This document shows positions 50,579-60,530 of a DNA stretch of 64,000 nt, piece after piece. Location: positions 1 to 64,000 of IMG/VR virus record IMGVR_UViG_3300033074_000580. The stretch is one strand, 5' to 3'. Made by a program: the position numbers and the translations under genes. The notes below the pieces were generated by a model. That model was not told the origin of the DNA, did no database searches, and saw only the letters and a program-made list of their open reading frames with translations. Every line of letters starts with the position of its first letter. Within the stretch, counting starts at the first letter, position 1. Origin of the DNA: a virus. Taxonomy: Duplodnaviria > Heunggongvirae > Uroviricota > Caudoviricetes.

Positions 50579-51810
50579 TACAAATATGTAATACCAATTC
50601 TCGAACCGATAACAGGGGTTCCCAATATTGTTACTTCTTGATTACCTGTTATATCAAAACCCTGACCCTCCTCTTCAACAAGACCATTTATGTCTAATGT
50701 AACAACACTATTGATATTATTATAGGTTCTAAAAACTGGAGTTCCTCCTGAATATGTAAAATATTCTGTGGTAACTTGTATTAGTTTACCGTAATTGTCG
50801 ATAATAACACTATTTCTACCTTTATAATATGAAATTACAATGGTACTACCTTCTAAAGGTGCCTCTGCAAATGTAACTTTAGATGTGTAAGCCACATGAA
50901 AATAATCCACGTCTCTTTCTTGTAAAAGACCATTTATTGTCACACTAAACAAGGTACCTATACTTTCACCAACGCTAAATTGTGTCTGCATACCATCACC
51001 TGTAAATGACATTACAGTAATATCAATAGCTTTACTTACATATTTCTTTCTACCCGCACCTTCTTTTGCAAATTCATTCATTAAGAAAAATCTACTAATT
51101 GCCGGTTTTACTTCAAATTCTTCAGAATCAATTAAGAAACCTAACATTGTGAATGTATATTTCTGCATATAAAATCTACGACCATCCATAGTATCTAAAG
51201 GTGTGTTATCTTCCACTCTATCCATGATGATTGGAATGTAATGACCTTTAACTTGAGTATAATCCTGTCTAGATGAGAAATTTTGAAGTACTACTTTACT
51301 GAATTTGTTTAAATCTCTAAACTTATTACAAGCAACATATACCTCATAAGTGATATCAACAGGTACAGGTTGAGGTATTTTGTATATATCAGCCCCCATT
51401 TGGGTACCGTTCCAAGTTGGTACGGATGCATAATAAAATTGATGTCTGTCAGGTATGGTTCTTTGTACCGATGGGTTTGTACCCGGTTGAACGTCTGGTT
51501 TTCTAACAATTGAAACAAATGGTAACATTGGGTTACCGTCTTCGTCTGAAAATTCCCAATTGTTTGAAAATTCTCCCCATCTTTGTACAGTTAATATTTT
51601 CTTAATAACGGGTATTTTTTTACCGTCAGCGACAACATTAAAGTTTTTTTGGACATAATCTAAAAAACCACCATCTAAATCGTCGTGTAAAATAGAATCA
51701 GGTAGATACGTGTCAGACTTTGTTATCTTATCTAATAACTCTTGTCTTCTTTCGGTAAGTTCTTTACCGGTATAAACCGAAATACTTGTTTTTCTTTTAG
51801 GTATTCCCAT
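50575..51810 (-). CDS. Neck/tail completion (terminator) protein, gp15-like, with two C-terminal beta-sandwich repeats
   Basis: PQPVPVDITYEV, F....GFLID; likely start MGIPKRK at 51810 just after the upstream stop; repeats with TINGLLQ..DY / DINGLVE..G. Confidence 0.6.
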   Translation of the reverse strand: MGIPKRKTSISVYTGKELTERRQELLDKITKSDTYLPDSILHDDLDGGFLDYVQKNFNVVADGKKIPVIKKILTVQRWGEFSNNWEFSDEDGNPMLPFVSIVRKPDVQPGTNPSVQRTIPDRHQFYYASVPTWNGTQMGADIYKIPQPVPVDITYEVYVACNKFRDLNKFSKVVLQNFSSRQDYTQVKGHYIPIIMDRVEDNTPLDTMDGRRFYMQKYTFTMLGFLIDSEEFEVKPAISRFFLMNEFAKEGAGRKKYVSKAIDITVMSFTGDGMQTQFSVGESIGTLFSVTINGLLQERDVDYFHVAYTSKVTFAEAPLEGSTIVISYYKGRNSVIIDNYGKLIQVTTEYFTYSGGTPVFRTYNNINSVVTLDINGLVEEEGQGFDITGNQEVTILGTPVIGSRIGITYLY

Positions 51811-51811
51811 A

Positions 51812-52324
51812 TTAAACTCCTCTAAATTGGTTATCTTGAACAGGTGAACATAATATTGACCTGTAATATGGTTTGTATCCAAACATATTATGTTTATTGT
51901 CCGACGTTACTCTACCGTCATTAGTTACTTGATAAAATCTTGTTCTTGTTTCAGATTCAGGGTAACCAATGTAATCACCGTATCTAATATCTATTTTTAA
52001 TTCTTCTAAATGTTTTATATAAACAGAAAGAGACATATTACCCGGCTCCAAATACCTCATCAATCCACCATTATATGATGAATTTTTAGGTTCTTCAATT
52101 TTAACCAACGCATTAAATTCAACAGGAGGGAAAAATTTAGTTTGGTCAACTCCAACTTCAGCATATACCGAATCGGTATCAGTTTTTTCTCTATCTACAC
52201 GATAAAGAACCAATTTCATGTTTAAATCCCCATGTAGATATTCTTGTCCTATTTGAATATTTAAATCAAAATCGTCCTGAGATAAGAATTTACCTAATCT
52301 GGTAATCGGTAGTTTATTGTTCAT
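51812..52324 (-). CDS. Neck/head-closure protein (gp14-like)
   Basis: VLYRVD...T..DSVY.E, I..GDYI, FYQV; context next to the tail terminator. Confidence 0.6.
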   Translation of the reverse strand: MNNKLPITRLGKFLSQDDFDLNIQIGQEYLHGDLNMKLVLYRVDREKTDTDSVYAEVGVDQTKFFPPVEFNALVKIEEPKNSSYNGGLMRYLEPGNMSLSVYIKHLEELKIDIRYGDYIGYPESETRTRFYQVTNDGRVTSDNKHNMFGYKPYYRSILCSPVQDNQFRGV

Positions 52325-52372
52325 ATTCTAATAAATAGTTTAATGTTACATTCTAATTATTTATATTTTAAT

Positions 52373-54124
52373 ATGGAAACAAAGATTCCCGAAATTGAGG
52401 CAAGAAATATTCTGTCAACATATGAAGGTTCCAATAATCAATTATTGGAGTGGAAAAGAAAATTTACGGACGTAAAGAATTTTAAACTTACTCGACCACA
52501 AGCTGAGTATGTTCAAAAATATCACAATATCACACCAAAGGTGGCTAGAAAATATATTGGTATAGTATCTACATTTGGTGAGAAAATTCAAGAAGATAGA
52601 TTATTACCTAATGCACCACAAAAAATATGGTGTGAAAAATTGTTATGTGAATCTGACAAGGCGTATCATATATGGGGTAAAATATTAGAAAATGACCAAC
52701 TTAGTGCAATGTGGTTACCTAAGGCGGCCATCATACAAGAAGAGAAAAAATTAAATCGTGTAATTGATTATTCAAAATATAAAGAAAGACCACCAATGGA
52801 ACATCAAAAAGTGGCCATTGAAAAATTATTAGCGAATGATAAATTTATACTTGCTGATGATATGGGTCTTGGTAAAACAACATCTGCAGTAATTGGTGCA
52901 TTGGAAAGTGGTGCCAGAAAAATTTTAATCGTTTGTCCCGCATCGTTAAAAATTAACTGGCAAAGAGAAATTTCAAATTATTCTGATAGACGTGTTTTAA
53001 TTGTTGAAGGTCGTAAATGGGGGTCAACTTTTGATTTTTATATTATCAACTATGATATCATTAAGAATTACCACACCACGGATAAAAGTGAAGATAGTGA
53101 AGATTATAAATTATTAGTTCACGCTAATTTCGATTTGGCAATTGTGGATGAGGCACATTACATTTCGAATTCAACAGCAAATAGAACTCGTTTATTAAAT
53201 GACGTACTTGAAACAATACCAAAAGTTTGGTTATTAACAGGTACCCCAATGACATCACGCCCAATAAACTATTTTAATTTATTAAAAATTGTTGAATCTC
53301 CATTGACTTTGAATTGGCAATCATATGTTCGTAGATATTGTGCAGGTTATCAATTTAGAGTGGGACAAAGAAAAGTATGGAACACAAGTGGTGCAAGTAA
53401 CTTAGATGAACTTCGTGAACGTACAAAGAATTTGGTTCTTCGTAGAATGAAAACCGATATTCTTGACTTACCTGAAAAAATTGTAACACCAGTATTTGTT
53501 GAGTTGAATAGTAAAATGTATGATGAAGAGTTAGATGATTTTACTCGTATTAGTAATGACAATAAGGATTCCGAAACAATTACCGTTACACTTAATCGTT
53601 TAATGAGAATTAGACAACTTATTGCATATGAAAAAATACCTTACACTTGTGAGTTAATTGATAAATGTTTGGAACAAGGTAAAAAAGTTATTGTGTTAAC
53701 TAACTTCACAATGACGCTCGACATGTTACATGAAAAATATAAAAAGAATTCAGTAACACTTGATGGTCGTATGCATAAAGATAGAAGACAAGAAAATGTA
53801 GATAGATTCCAAAACGACGATAAAATTAAAGTTTTTATTGGTAATATTAAAGCTGCGGGTGTTGGTATTACTTTAACTGCGGCTGAGGTTGTTATTATGA
53901 ATGACTTATCATTTGTTCCCGCGGACCACTCACAGGGTGAGGACCGTGCATATAGATATGGACAAAAAAATAGTGTCCTCGTTTACTATCCAGTATTTGA
54001 GAACACTATTGAAAAAGTTATTTATAATATTTTACAAAAGAAGAAAGGTGTAATTGACCAAGTTATGGGTGATGGCGAATATTCCGAATCGTTCAGTAGA
54101 GATTTAATTAAGAGTCTCCTTTAA
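52373..54124 (+). CDS. SNF2-family helicase (SMARCAL1/HARP-like annealing helicase)
   Basis: LADDMGLGKT, IVCPASLKINW, IVDEAH, LLTGTP, RRMK, AAGVGITLT, QGEDRAYRYGQ; start moved to the ATG at 52373. Confidence 0.92.
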   Translation: METKIPEIEARNILSTYEGSNNQLLEWKRKFTDVKNFKLTRPQAEYVQKYHNITPKVARKYIGIVSTFGEKIQEDRLLPNAPQKIWCEKLLCESDKAYHIWGKILENDQLSAMWLPKAAIIQEEKKLNRVIDYSKYKERPPMEHQKVAIEKLLANDKFILADDMGLGKTTSAVIGALESGARKILIVCPASLKINWQREISNYSDRRVLIVEGRKWGSTFDFYIINYDIIKNYHTTDKSEDSEDYKLLVHANFDLAIVDEAHYISNSTANRTRLLNDVLETIPKVWLLTGTPMTSRPINYFNLLKIVESPLTLNWQSYVRRYCAGYQFRVGQRKVWNTSGASNLDELRERTKNLVLRRMKTDILDLPEKIVTPVFVELNSKMYDEELDDFTRISNDNKDSETITVTLNRLMRIRQLIAYEKIPYTCELIDKCLEQGKKVIVLTNFTMTLDMLHEKYKKNSVTLDGRMHKDRRQENVDRFQNDDKIKVFIGNIKAAGVGITLTAAEVVIMNDLSFVPADHSQGEDRAYRYGQKNSVLVYYPVFENTIEKVIYNILQKKKGVIDQVMGDGEYSESFSRDLIKSLL

Positions 54125-54356
54125 TGGAAATAATTAAGTCTCTTATTGACGTGTCCAAATTCTTATCACTAACATCACCGATTAAAACATTAACTTTTTT
54201 ATTCATTAAATCTAACGATAAAACATTTTCTTCTCCTTCCTTCATTTTAAATGTAAATTCAAAATCATTTTTACCACAAATTTCAAATAATTCCAATAAA
54301 TTCTTATTCATATATTTTTTCTTTAAAAAGTAAATCATTATTAAATAAAACCCCAT
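54108..54356 (-). CDS. Small hypothetical protein (true start probably MNKNLL at about 54311)
   Basis: Overlaps the stop of the upstream minus-strand gene. Confidence 0.5.
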   Translation of the reverse strand: MGFYLIMIYFLKKKYMNKNLLELFEICGKNDFEFTFKMKEGEENVLSLDLMNKKVNVLIGDVSDKNLDTSIRDLIISIKGDS

Positions 54357-55197
54357 TTTCTTCGAATGTCATTTTTTCTTTATCGTTCTTAAAAATCATA
54401 ATTTTCGAATCGACACATACAAACACATAATATGTGCATTTTGATTTTTTACTCATACTAACATCAACAAAATATCCATTCTCTCTTTTTTGTATATTAC
54501 ATGTGGATTTTATTTGGTCAGTAGTTTTTGACCCATCATTATGAATTTTCCAAACATCAACACCCTCTTTTCTGTCATTATAATCCCCCCTTCCCTCTGT
54601 TGATTTATATTCTAATAAATCTGGGAAGAAAAAATAAATATCTTTTTCATAAAATTTCTGTGCCAAATCTCCAATAGACATTGTTTTATTAAAAAGTGAT
54701 ATTAAATTGTCATACATTTCGGTACCGATTAAAAATATTTCATTTTTTTTGTATTTTACAATTTTTAATATTTTTTTTAATTTATCGATAGTTTCAGTTT
54801 CAGAATCTTCTGATTTAAAAACAATTTGTTCTTTATAGGTAAACAGAGTCCCATCAATAATGATTTCCTCAATACCCTTTTTACGATATAATCCCAATAA
54901 AAATTTATTACATCGATTGAAAATTAAAGAATGACAAGTATAATTTGTATCTGCCTGCATTAAAGGCGACCACTCGTTGTTTATGATAACCCCAAAATCG
55001 GGTTTATCTATTTTTTTCGGATTTTGAGCCCACATACCTAAGGGTTCATATATTTCTTTTAAAATTCCCAAAATTTCCTTAGCGAGATATAATTTGATAT
55101 TATCGTTCCTTTGCCATGATTTTGATATATCATCGGTTAATGAAATCTTATAAAGTGGGTCTATTTGTAGATTTCTTAATCTTTCTTGTATATTCAT
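54304..55197 (-). CDS. Hypothetical protein with possible PD-(D/E)XK nuclease C-terminal domain
   Basis: GDLAQ...RGDYNDRKEGVDVW...TDQIKS resembles a D...QxK nuclease active site. Confidence 0.5.
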   Translation of the reverse strand: MNIQERLRNLQIDPLYKISLTDDISKSWQRNDNIKLYLAKEILGILKEIYEPLGMWAQNPKKIDKPDFGVIINNEWSPLMQADTNYTCHSLIFNRCNKFLLGLYRKKGIEEIIIDGTLFTYKEQIVFKSEDSETETIDKLKKILKIVKYKKNEIFLIGTEMYDNLISLFNKTMSIGDLAQKFYEKDIYFFFPDLLEYKSTEGRGDYNDRKEGVDVWKIHNDGSKTTDQIKSTCNIQKRENGYFVDVSMSKKSKCTYYVFVCVDSKIMIFKNDKEKMTFEENGVLFNNDLLFKEKIYE

Positions 55198-55236
55198 AAT
55201 CTAAAATATAAACTATTTATTAGAATAAAACAAATT

Positions 55237-56349
55237 ATGGCGACAATCATTTCACCTACCGAAAAAGAAAAATTATATACACAAGTTTTCCATTTATTGG
55301 GTATGCCCGTTCGTGGTATTGAATTAACAGAAGAACAAATGGATACTTTTCTTGAATTATCCTTATCTGAATATGAACAATACGTATCAGATTGGTTAAT
55401 CGAATCTCAATGGTCATCTTTAGTTGGACTGGATTTAGATACTCAATCTTTAACGAGAGCGTTTACCACAAGAAGTTTAGATTATGAAACACAATTTAGT
55501 CATTCATATTCTAAAATTGTAGGTTTACAAGCGGGTGGGGATAGTGAACTTAAAAAAGATTTCATTACATTAACAGGAGGTACTCAAACCTATGAAATAC
55601 CTGCCGGTCGTGAAATCAATGAACTTTTATGGTTTAGTAGAGCGGAATTACAAGATTCTATTGTTGACCCATTTTTAGGCGGGTTTGGAGGTCTTGGTGG
55701 TGGTGGATTTGGTGGTGTGGGTGGTTATGGTCAAATCGGTAGTTCAGGTAATTATTTTATGATGCCCGCTTTCGATTTGTTATTGAGAATGCAAGATAGA
55801 AACATTAAAAACCGTTTAATCGGTGGTGATGTTACATATAGAATTACTGCAGGTCCCGAAGGGAAGAAGTTAATCCACTTATATAACGTACCAGGAGGTA
55901 AGTTTGATTTTAACAATATTAAACGTAACTATCAAGTTTGGTATTGGTATTATGAAACAACAGATAGAGATAGTTGTTTGGCAAAAAATAAAGACATAGT
56001 TAAATTACCGTCGGATGTTGATACTGAACAATTAACTTGGGAAGCATTAAACAAACCGGCACAAAACTGGGTTAGAAAGTATCTAATAGGTTACTCAAAA
56101 GAAGGTTTAGGTAGAATTTGGGGTAAATTTTCAGGTGATTTACAAGTTCCCGATTCCCAAGTAAAATTAGATTATAGTTCTTTACTTACTGAAGGTAAAG
56201 ACGAAAGAATGAAATTGGTGGAAGAACTTATGGCGAGATTAGAAAGACTCCGCCCCGATAAACTTCTTGAAAGAAAGGGTAACGAAGCGGAGAATCTTAA
56301 TAAATCGTTAAAGTATAGACCATTCCAAAATCCATACAACGTAATTTAA
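55237..56349 (+). CDS. Neck/head-tail adaptor protein (T4 gp13-like)
   Basis: LG.PV..IELT.EQ, WVRKY.....KE.LG.I.GKF.....P...V.LD...L..EG..E; Gly-rich loop; start ATG at 55237. Confidence 0.8.
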   Translation: MATIISPTEKEKLYTQVFHLLGMPVRGIELTEEQMDTFLELSLSEYEQYVSDWLIESQWSSLVGLDLDTQSLTRAFTTRSLDYETQFSHSYSKIVGLQAGGDSELKKDFITLTGGTQTYEIPAGREINELLWFSRAELQDSIVDPFLGGFGGLGGGGFGGVGGYGQIGSSGNYFMMPAFDLLLRMQDRNIKNRLIGGDVTYRITAGPEGKKLIHLYNVPGGKFDFNNIKRNYQVWYWYYETTDRDSCLAKNKDIVKLPSDVDTEQLTWEALNKPAQNWVRKYLIGYSKEGLGRIWGKFSGDLQVPDSQVKLDYSSLLTEGKDERMKLVEELMARLERLRPDKLLERKGNEAENLNKSLKYRPFQNPYNVI

Positions 56350-59243
56350 CCTTCTGTTACGTGTAATATAAGGTCACCATTATCATTACCGATAATTTCA
56401 TCCTCATTACTTGTTGTACTTTGAGCTTGTGACAATAGTACTTTTCTGTTGTGTTCAACCCAATATTGGTCGGCTAATTCTAAACTATTTTCAACATACA
56501 TGAAAAATGGGTCTCTACCTATTTTATTCCAAAATACAACCTCACTATCCGATAAGGTCATTACCTCATCAAATTTATCTTGACCACTTTCTTTTAAAGG
56601 GAATCCATTTACAAGTTCACATTGAGATTTAGTAAAGTATTGTCTATCTTTTGGGTCCTCAATTAAAATGTCTTCACGAATTGATGGATTAAACGCCACT
56701 AATAAAGGTTCAATTCTTTTATTGAAATTATTTAAATAACGAGGAACATTATAATCACCTTTTAGGTCGGGATTATTGGTTATTTCTTTTTCGTCAATCA
56801 TATAACAGTTAACCTCAATATAACCATCCGGCATTGGATAACCGTTTTTAGCTGTGAATTCTTCCTGTTGTTTTTTAGTTGGTTTGGTCACCTTTTGAAC
56901 ATCACCCGAAGATTTCTTTTGACCGTTGTTTACATAATATATTGTGTCACCTAAACCAGCAGGATAATCGTTTTGAATGATTAGTTCCATATGTGCTTGT
57001 CTTGACATTAAAGACCCCGATTTAGTTGTTTTCTGTATGTGTTTTTTATAATCATTAACTGATTGTTTAACACGTGCCTTATTTGCAATTTTAGATAAAG
57101 GTATCTCCTTATTGAAAATCTTTTCAACATAATCGTAATATAATTCAACAAACGAATGTCCATCACCATTTAAAAGATGTTTTAAACCCTCATCTAAAAA
57201 CTCCACAACATATGTTTGTAATTTTTTAGATTTAATTGTGTTTCCTGTAAGTTTAATTTTTTCTTTACCCTTTTTCATCAATTTAATGATGTAATTTTTA
57301 CGAGAAACATTTATACATGCCGGTGCGGTATAATCGATATCGAGACCCATTTCGTTTCGCATAAAGATATCATTAAATTCTGCGGTATCTGCTTCAATAC
57401 CCACATATTCTTTACCCTCTTTAACCAATTCATTTAACCCCTTACCAATATATCTTGATTCTTTAGCACTTTCAGGTGCTTCAAAGTTAACACCATCTGT
57501 GTCCATTACGAGTGGTTTATAACCTTTTTTCATAAAGAACATAATCATCATGCGTAAACATTGGCGACCGATACATGTAATGGTTTCACCTGAATCCATT
57601 TCACCCCAAGGGAATACATGTGGTGCAGATAATGAACCAAAATATGCGTTAATGAAAATTTTAATTGGTAATTGTTTACGGTCATACATTTCAGATGCAA
57701 CGGGGTCACTATCTTTTAATTCACCCGCAAGATGTTTATACTTAATACGAATGTTACGGAAATATTTTAACATGGATTTCTGTACACCCATAACATCACA
57801 ATCAGGAAACACATCATATACTAATTGAATAGATGGATAAAGTGACGAGTAGTCAAACTTAACAATATTCTTTGCATAACCAACATTCAATAAACGAGAT
57901 AAACCACCCGTAAATGGACGTTTCTCATCCTTAGCGGGAATTGCAAGATTATTCTCATACGACCAAGCTAACATGATAATCTTCCACAATGTTGCAGTAC
58001 CCATTGTTGCAATTCTTTCATAAGTGGTCGGTACCAATTTAGAAAGTAAAAACGTTGATTGAGAAAACGAATCATCAACAACCATTGTCTCATACAAGTC
58101 ATCGTCAAGATACTGTTCAACAATTTTTCTACCTGGCCATATTTCAAATTTGCCGGGATATTTTTCTAATAATCCTTCTGTACCCGGTTCACCAATTTGT
58201 TTATATCCACCTGTTTTTGGATTAACATAATAACTTTCATTACTTAAATAAATTTGTGAAATTTTTCCACCATCTACGTAAACACGATTAGGTTTTTCTT
58301 TTTCCAAATATTTTGTAATGTATTTCAAACTCCAAGATTTAATTTCAGAGTTAATTGCTTGTGCTCTTCTAACCGAATGTGCAATATCAATAATATTAAA
58401 ACCCCAAATTACATGTTGAGTATAATCTTCAATTTCATTTGCCAATTTTAATACGCCTTTCTTTTCTTTAATTCCTGTTGATGTGAATACTGAAGTTAAT
58501 CCGTTTACATCTACTCCTAATATTTCTGCTCTTTTTAAAATAAACGGCCAATCGAAAAATGCAGAGTTATATCCTGCAACAATTGTCGGTTTTAAATCTT
58601 TTATGTATTGAAAAAATTTCTCAATACATTTCTTTTCGCCGTCCTCACCAAATGCAGGTATTGTTTCTTGTAGACCGTGATTATCCTTTACTCCAATCAA
58701 AATGATTTTACAAGTTTCAGGGTCTAATCCTGTGGTCTCAATATCGAATACAAATCTATATACGTCACTATAGTCTTCGATTCCTTTGAAAAGTCTTTTT
58801 CTTGTTTGTACCAAATATTGTTCTACTGGTGATAAGATTGTGAAATGTTTTCTAACCTCCTCACCCCATGGGTCTAATCCACCGGATTTAAAAAAGTTTA
58901 TTAGGTCGGTATAACTTTTAATACTTTTAACTAAAAACTTCTGACCTTGTTCGAGTCTTTCATTTCCTTGTGTTTCAAGTTTTTCAATAATAATACCATA
59001 TTTTCCCATCATCTGTTTTTGTAGGGATTTTGAATTATTATAGAAATTTAAACCCGATAAATCACCAACCCACAAGAATGGAGTAAATGAATCTGATTTT
59101 ACAATTTTACCCTTAATTGGGTCTTGAATAATTTTGGTAATTGAATTTGTGGGGTAATCATACTCGACACCTACGATGTACTTTTCATCGTCGCCCCCAT
59201 TAAGAAAGTTTTCGATAACTTCCTGAGAGATAACTTCTTTCAT
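56346..59243 (-). CDS. Family B DNA polymerase
   Basis: Exo FDIETTG, GYNSAFFDWPFI, YLDDD; Pol FDYSSLYPSI, KIFINAYFG, MDTDG, KNY; no intein seen. Confidence 0.95.
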   Translation of the reverse strand: MKEVISQEVIENFLNGGDDEKYIVGVEYDYPTNSITKIIQDPIKGKIVKSDSFTPFLWVGDLSGLNFYNNSKSLQKQMMGKYGIIIEKLETQGNERLEQGQKFLVKSIKSYTDLINFFKSGGLDPWGEEVRKHFTILSPVEQYLVQTRKRLFKGIEDYSDVYRFVFDIETTGLDPETCKIILIGVKDNHGLQETIPAFGEDGEKKCIEKFFQYIKDLKPTIVAGYNSAFFDWPFILKRAEILGVDVNGLTSVFTSTGIKEKKGVLKLANEIEDYTQHVIWGFNIIDIAHSVRRAQAINSEIKSWSLKYITKYLEKEKPNRVYVDGGKISQIYLSNESYYVNPKTGGYKQIGEPGTEGLLEKYPGKFEIWPGRKIVEQYLDDDLYETMVVDDSFSQSTFLLSKLVPTTYERIATMGTATLWKIIMLAWSYENNLAIPAKDEKRPFTGGLSRLLNVGYAKNIVKFDYSSLYPSIQLVYDVFPDCDVMGVQKSMLKYFRNIRIKYKHLAGELKDSDPVASEMYDRKQLPIKIFINAYFGSLSAPHVFPWGEMDSGETITCIGRQCLRMMIMFFMKKGYKPLVMDTDGVNFEAPESAKESRYIGKGLNELVKEGKEYVGIEADTAEFNDIFMRNEMGLDIDYTAPACINVSRKNYIIKLMKKGKEKIKLTGNTIKSKKLQTYVVEFLDEGLKHLLNGDGHSFVELYYDYVEKIFNKEIPLSKIANKARVKQSVNDYKKHIQKTTKSGSLMSRQAHMELIIQNDYPAGLGDTIYYVNNGQKKSSGDVQKVTKPTKKQQEEFTAKNGYPMPDGYIEVNCYMIDEKEITNNPDLKGDYNVPRYLNNFNKRIEPLLVAFNPSIREDILIEDPKDRQYFTKSQCELVNGFPLKESGQDKFDEVMTLSDSEVVFWNKIGRDPFFMYVENSLELADQYWVEHNRKVLLSQAQSTTSNEDEIIGNDNGDLILHVTEG

Positions 59244-59332
59244 CTTATAATTTTTTTAAATGTGACGTATTAGCTTGTGATTAAATCACAGTTTGCCTTG
59301 TTTACATTTAATTATAAGAAAAAAAAGTCGTA

Positions 59333-59701
59333 TTAAAAAATATTGATGTACAATTTCTCCTTAACAGGTAAAATTAACTTGTTTGTTGGATTTCCGTCAG
59401 TATCATTAAATTGAACAATGATTTTACCTTCATACTTACCAACTTCAGATGTTTGACTTTCAGTAAATCTATATGTAATATAATATTCGTCTGTGGTTTG
59501 ATTGTAATGTTTTGTTCTTGTTGTAATATTACACGTTTCGTTTAGTAAAACCGGAGTATCTGTTTGAACATCGAACATTTCAAATGTAATATCGGCGTTT
59601 TCCAATAAGTCATTAAATGATGATTTATCGTTTTTACCATCATCTATCATTCTCATCTTCAATATTGGGTCAGATGCCCCTTGTCTTATAAAAAATTCCA
59701 T
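59333..59701 (-). CDS. BppU N-terminal-like virion protein
   Basis: FFIRQG...P.L.., ITY.F....T..VG.Y.G...V.F.......LP pattern. Confidence 0.55.
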   Translation of the reverse strand: MEFFIRQGASDPILKMRMIDDGKNDKSSFNDLLENADITFEMFDVQTDTPVLLNETCNITTRTKHYNQTTDEYYITYRFTESQTSEVGKYEGKIIVQFNDTDGNPTNKLILPVKEKLYINIF

Positions 59702-59713
59702 ATATCTTAAATA

Positions 59714-60517
59714 TTATGTTAATCTAATCATTACAAAACTACCACTTCTATATAACCCTTGTAATGGGACTCCAGCGGCGGCAGCTTCAGCGTCGTCTAC
59801 AAAACTTGATGTTACACTAGAAAGGATTGTAAAATTATTAACGTTTAAATCATTTTTTAATTTAACACTACCGCTAAATTCATATGTGTATCCATTTGAT
59901 ACTGAACCGGTATTAAACGCAATTTGACGAGAACCACTAATCGACATTTGTGGACTTTCCCATAAATTGTTTGCAAATAACTTTAATTGTGAAGGATGAT
60001 TTGTCCCACCAACTGTACCGATATACATATCTTTTCCCACATTTAAAAGATATGAATCATTATCATATCCAACTAAACCTCCAGTATATGTTGATGAGTT
60101 AATACCTAAATCGACATAATGAACATTTTCCGTACCATTATCTGCAGTTAAAACTAAGTCAGTACTTGCGTTGTTACCTGAATTTGTATTAACTATGTTT
60201 ACTTGTCCATAAACATTACTATTACCTTGAAAATGAACAATATTGAAGCTATTAGAGTTTTCAACGTGTAAAACTTCAGGATTATCTTCATGAAACGACC
60301 CCGTACCCACAATTAAATTTGGTATTTTCCCGTCGATTGTTAAATTTCCTGTTATATATTGACTACCCGTAAAATGATGAGAACCACTATCCACTAATAC
60401 TTGTCTTAATGACGATAGTGTTTGTTGAAACGTTGTTCCGGAATATGAAACCGCAGTTACACCGGTTAAACTTGGTATAGAACCACTGGTTAATTGAGAG
60501 ATTTTTTTACTTGCCAT
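59714..60517 (-). CDS. Fibre-like virion protein
   Basis: KKISQL N-terminus, STDLVLTADNG.E..HYVDLGINSS, C-terminal DDAEAAAAGVPLQGLYR.G; rich in [ST]GS. Confidence 0.6.
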   Translation of the reverse strand: MASKKISQLTSGSIPSLTGVTAVSYSGTTFQQTLSSLRQVLVDSGSHHFTGSQYITGNLTIDGKIPNLIVGTGSFHEDNPEVLHVENSNSFNIVHFQGNSNVYGQVNIVNTNSGNNASTDLVLTADNGTENVHYVDLGINSSTYTGGLVGYDNDSYLLNVGKDMYIGTVGGTNHPSQLKLFANNLWESPQMSISGSRQIAFNTGSVSNGYTYEFSGSVKLKNDLNVNNFTILSSVTSSFVDDAEAAAAGVPLQGLYRSGSFVMIRLT

Positions 60518-60530
60518 TTAGATAAATAGT

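Noticed and set aside
57065-57080. Second CACGTG core as another parS
   Set aside because: Inside polB and the flanks do not form the GTT.CACGTG.AAC palindrome.
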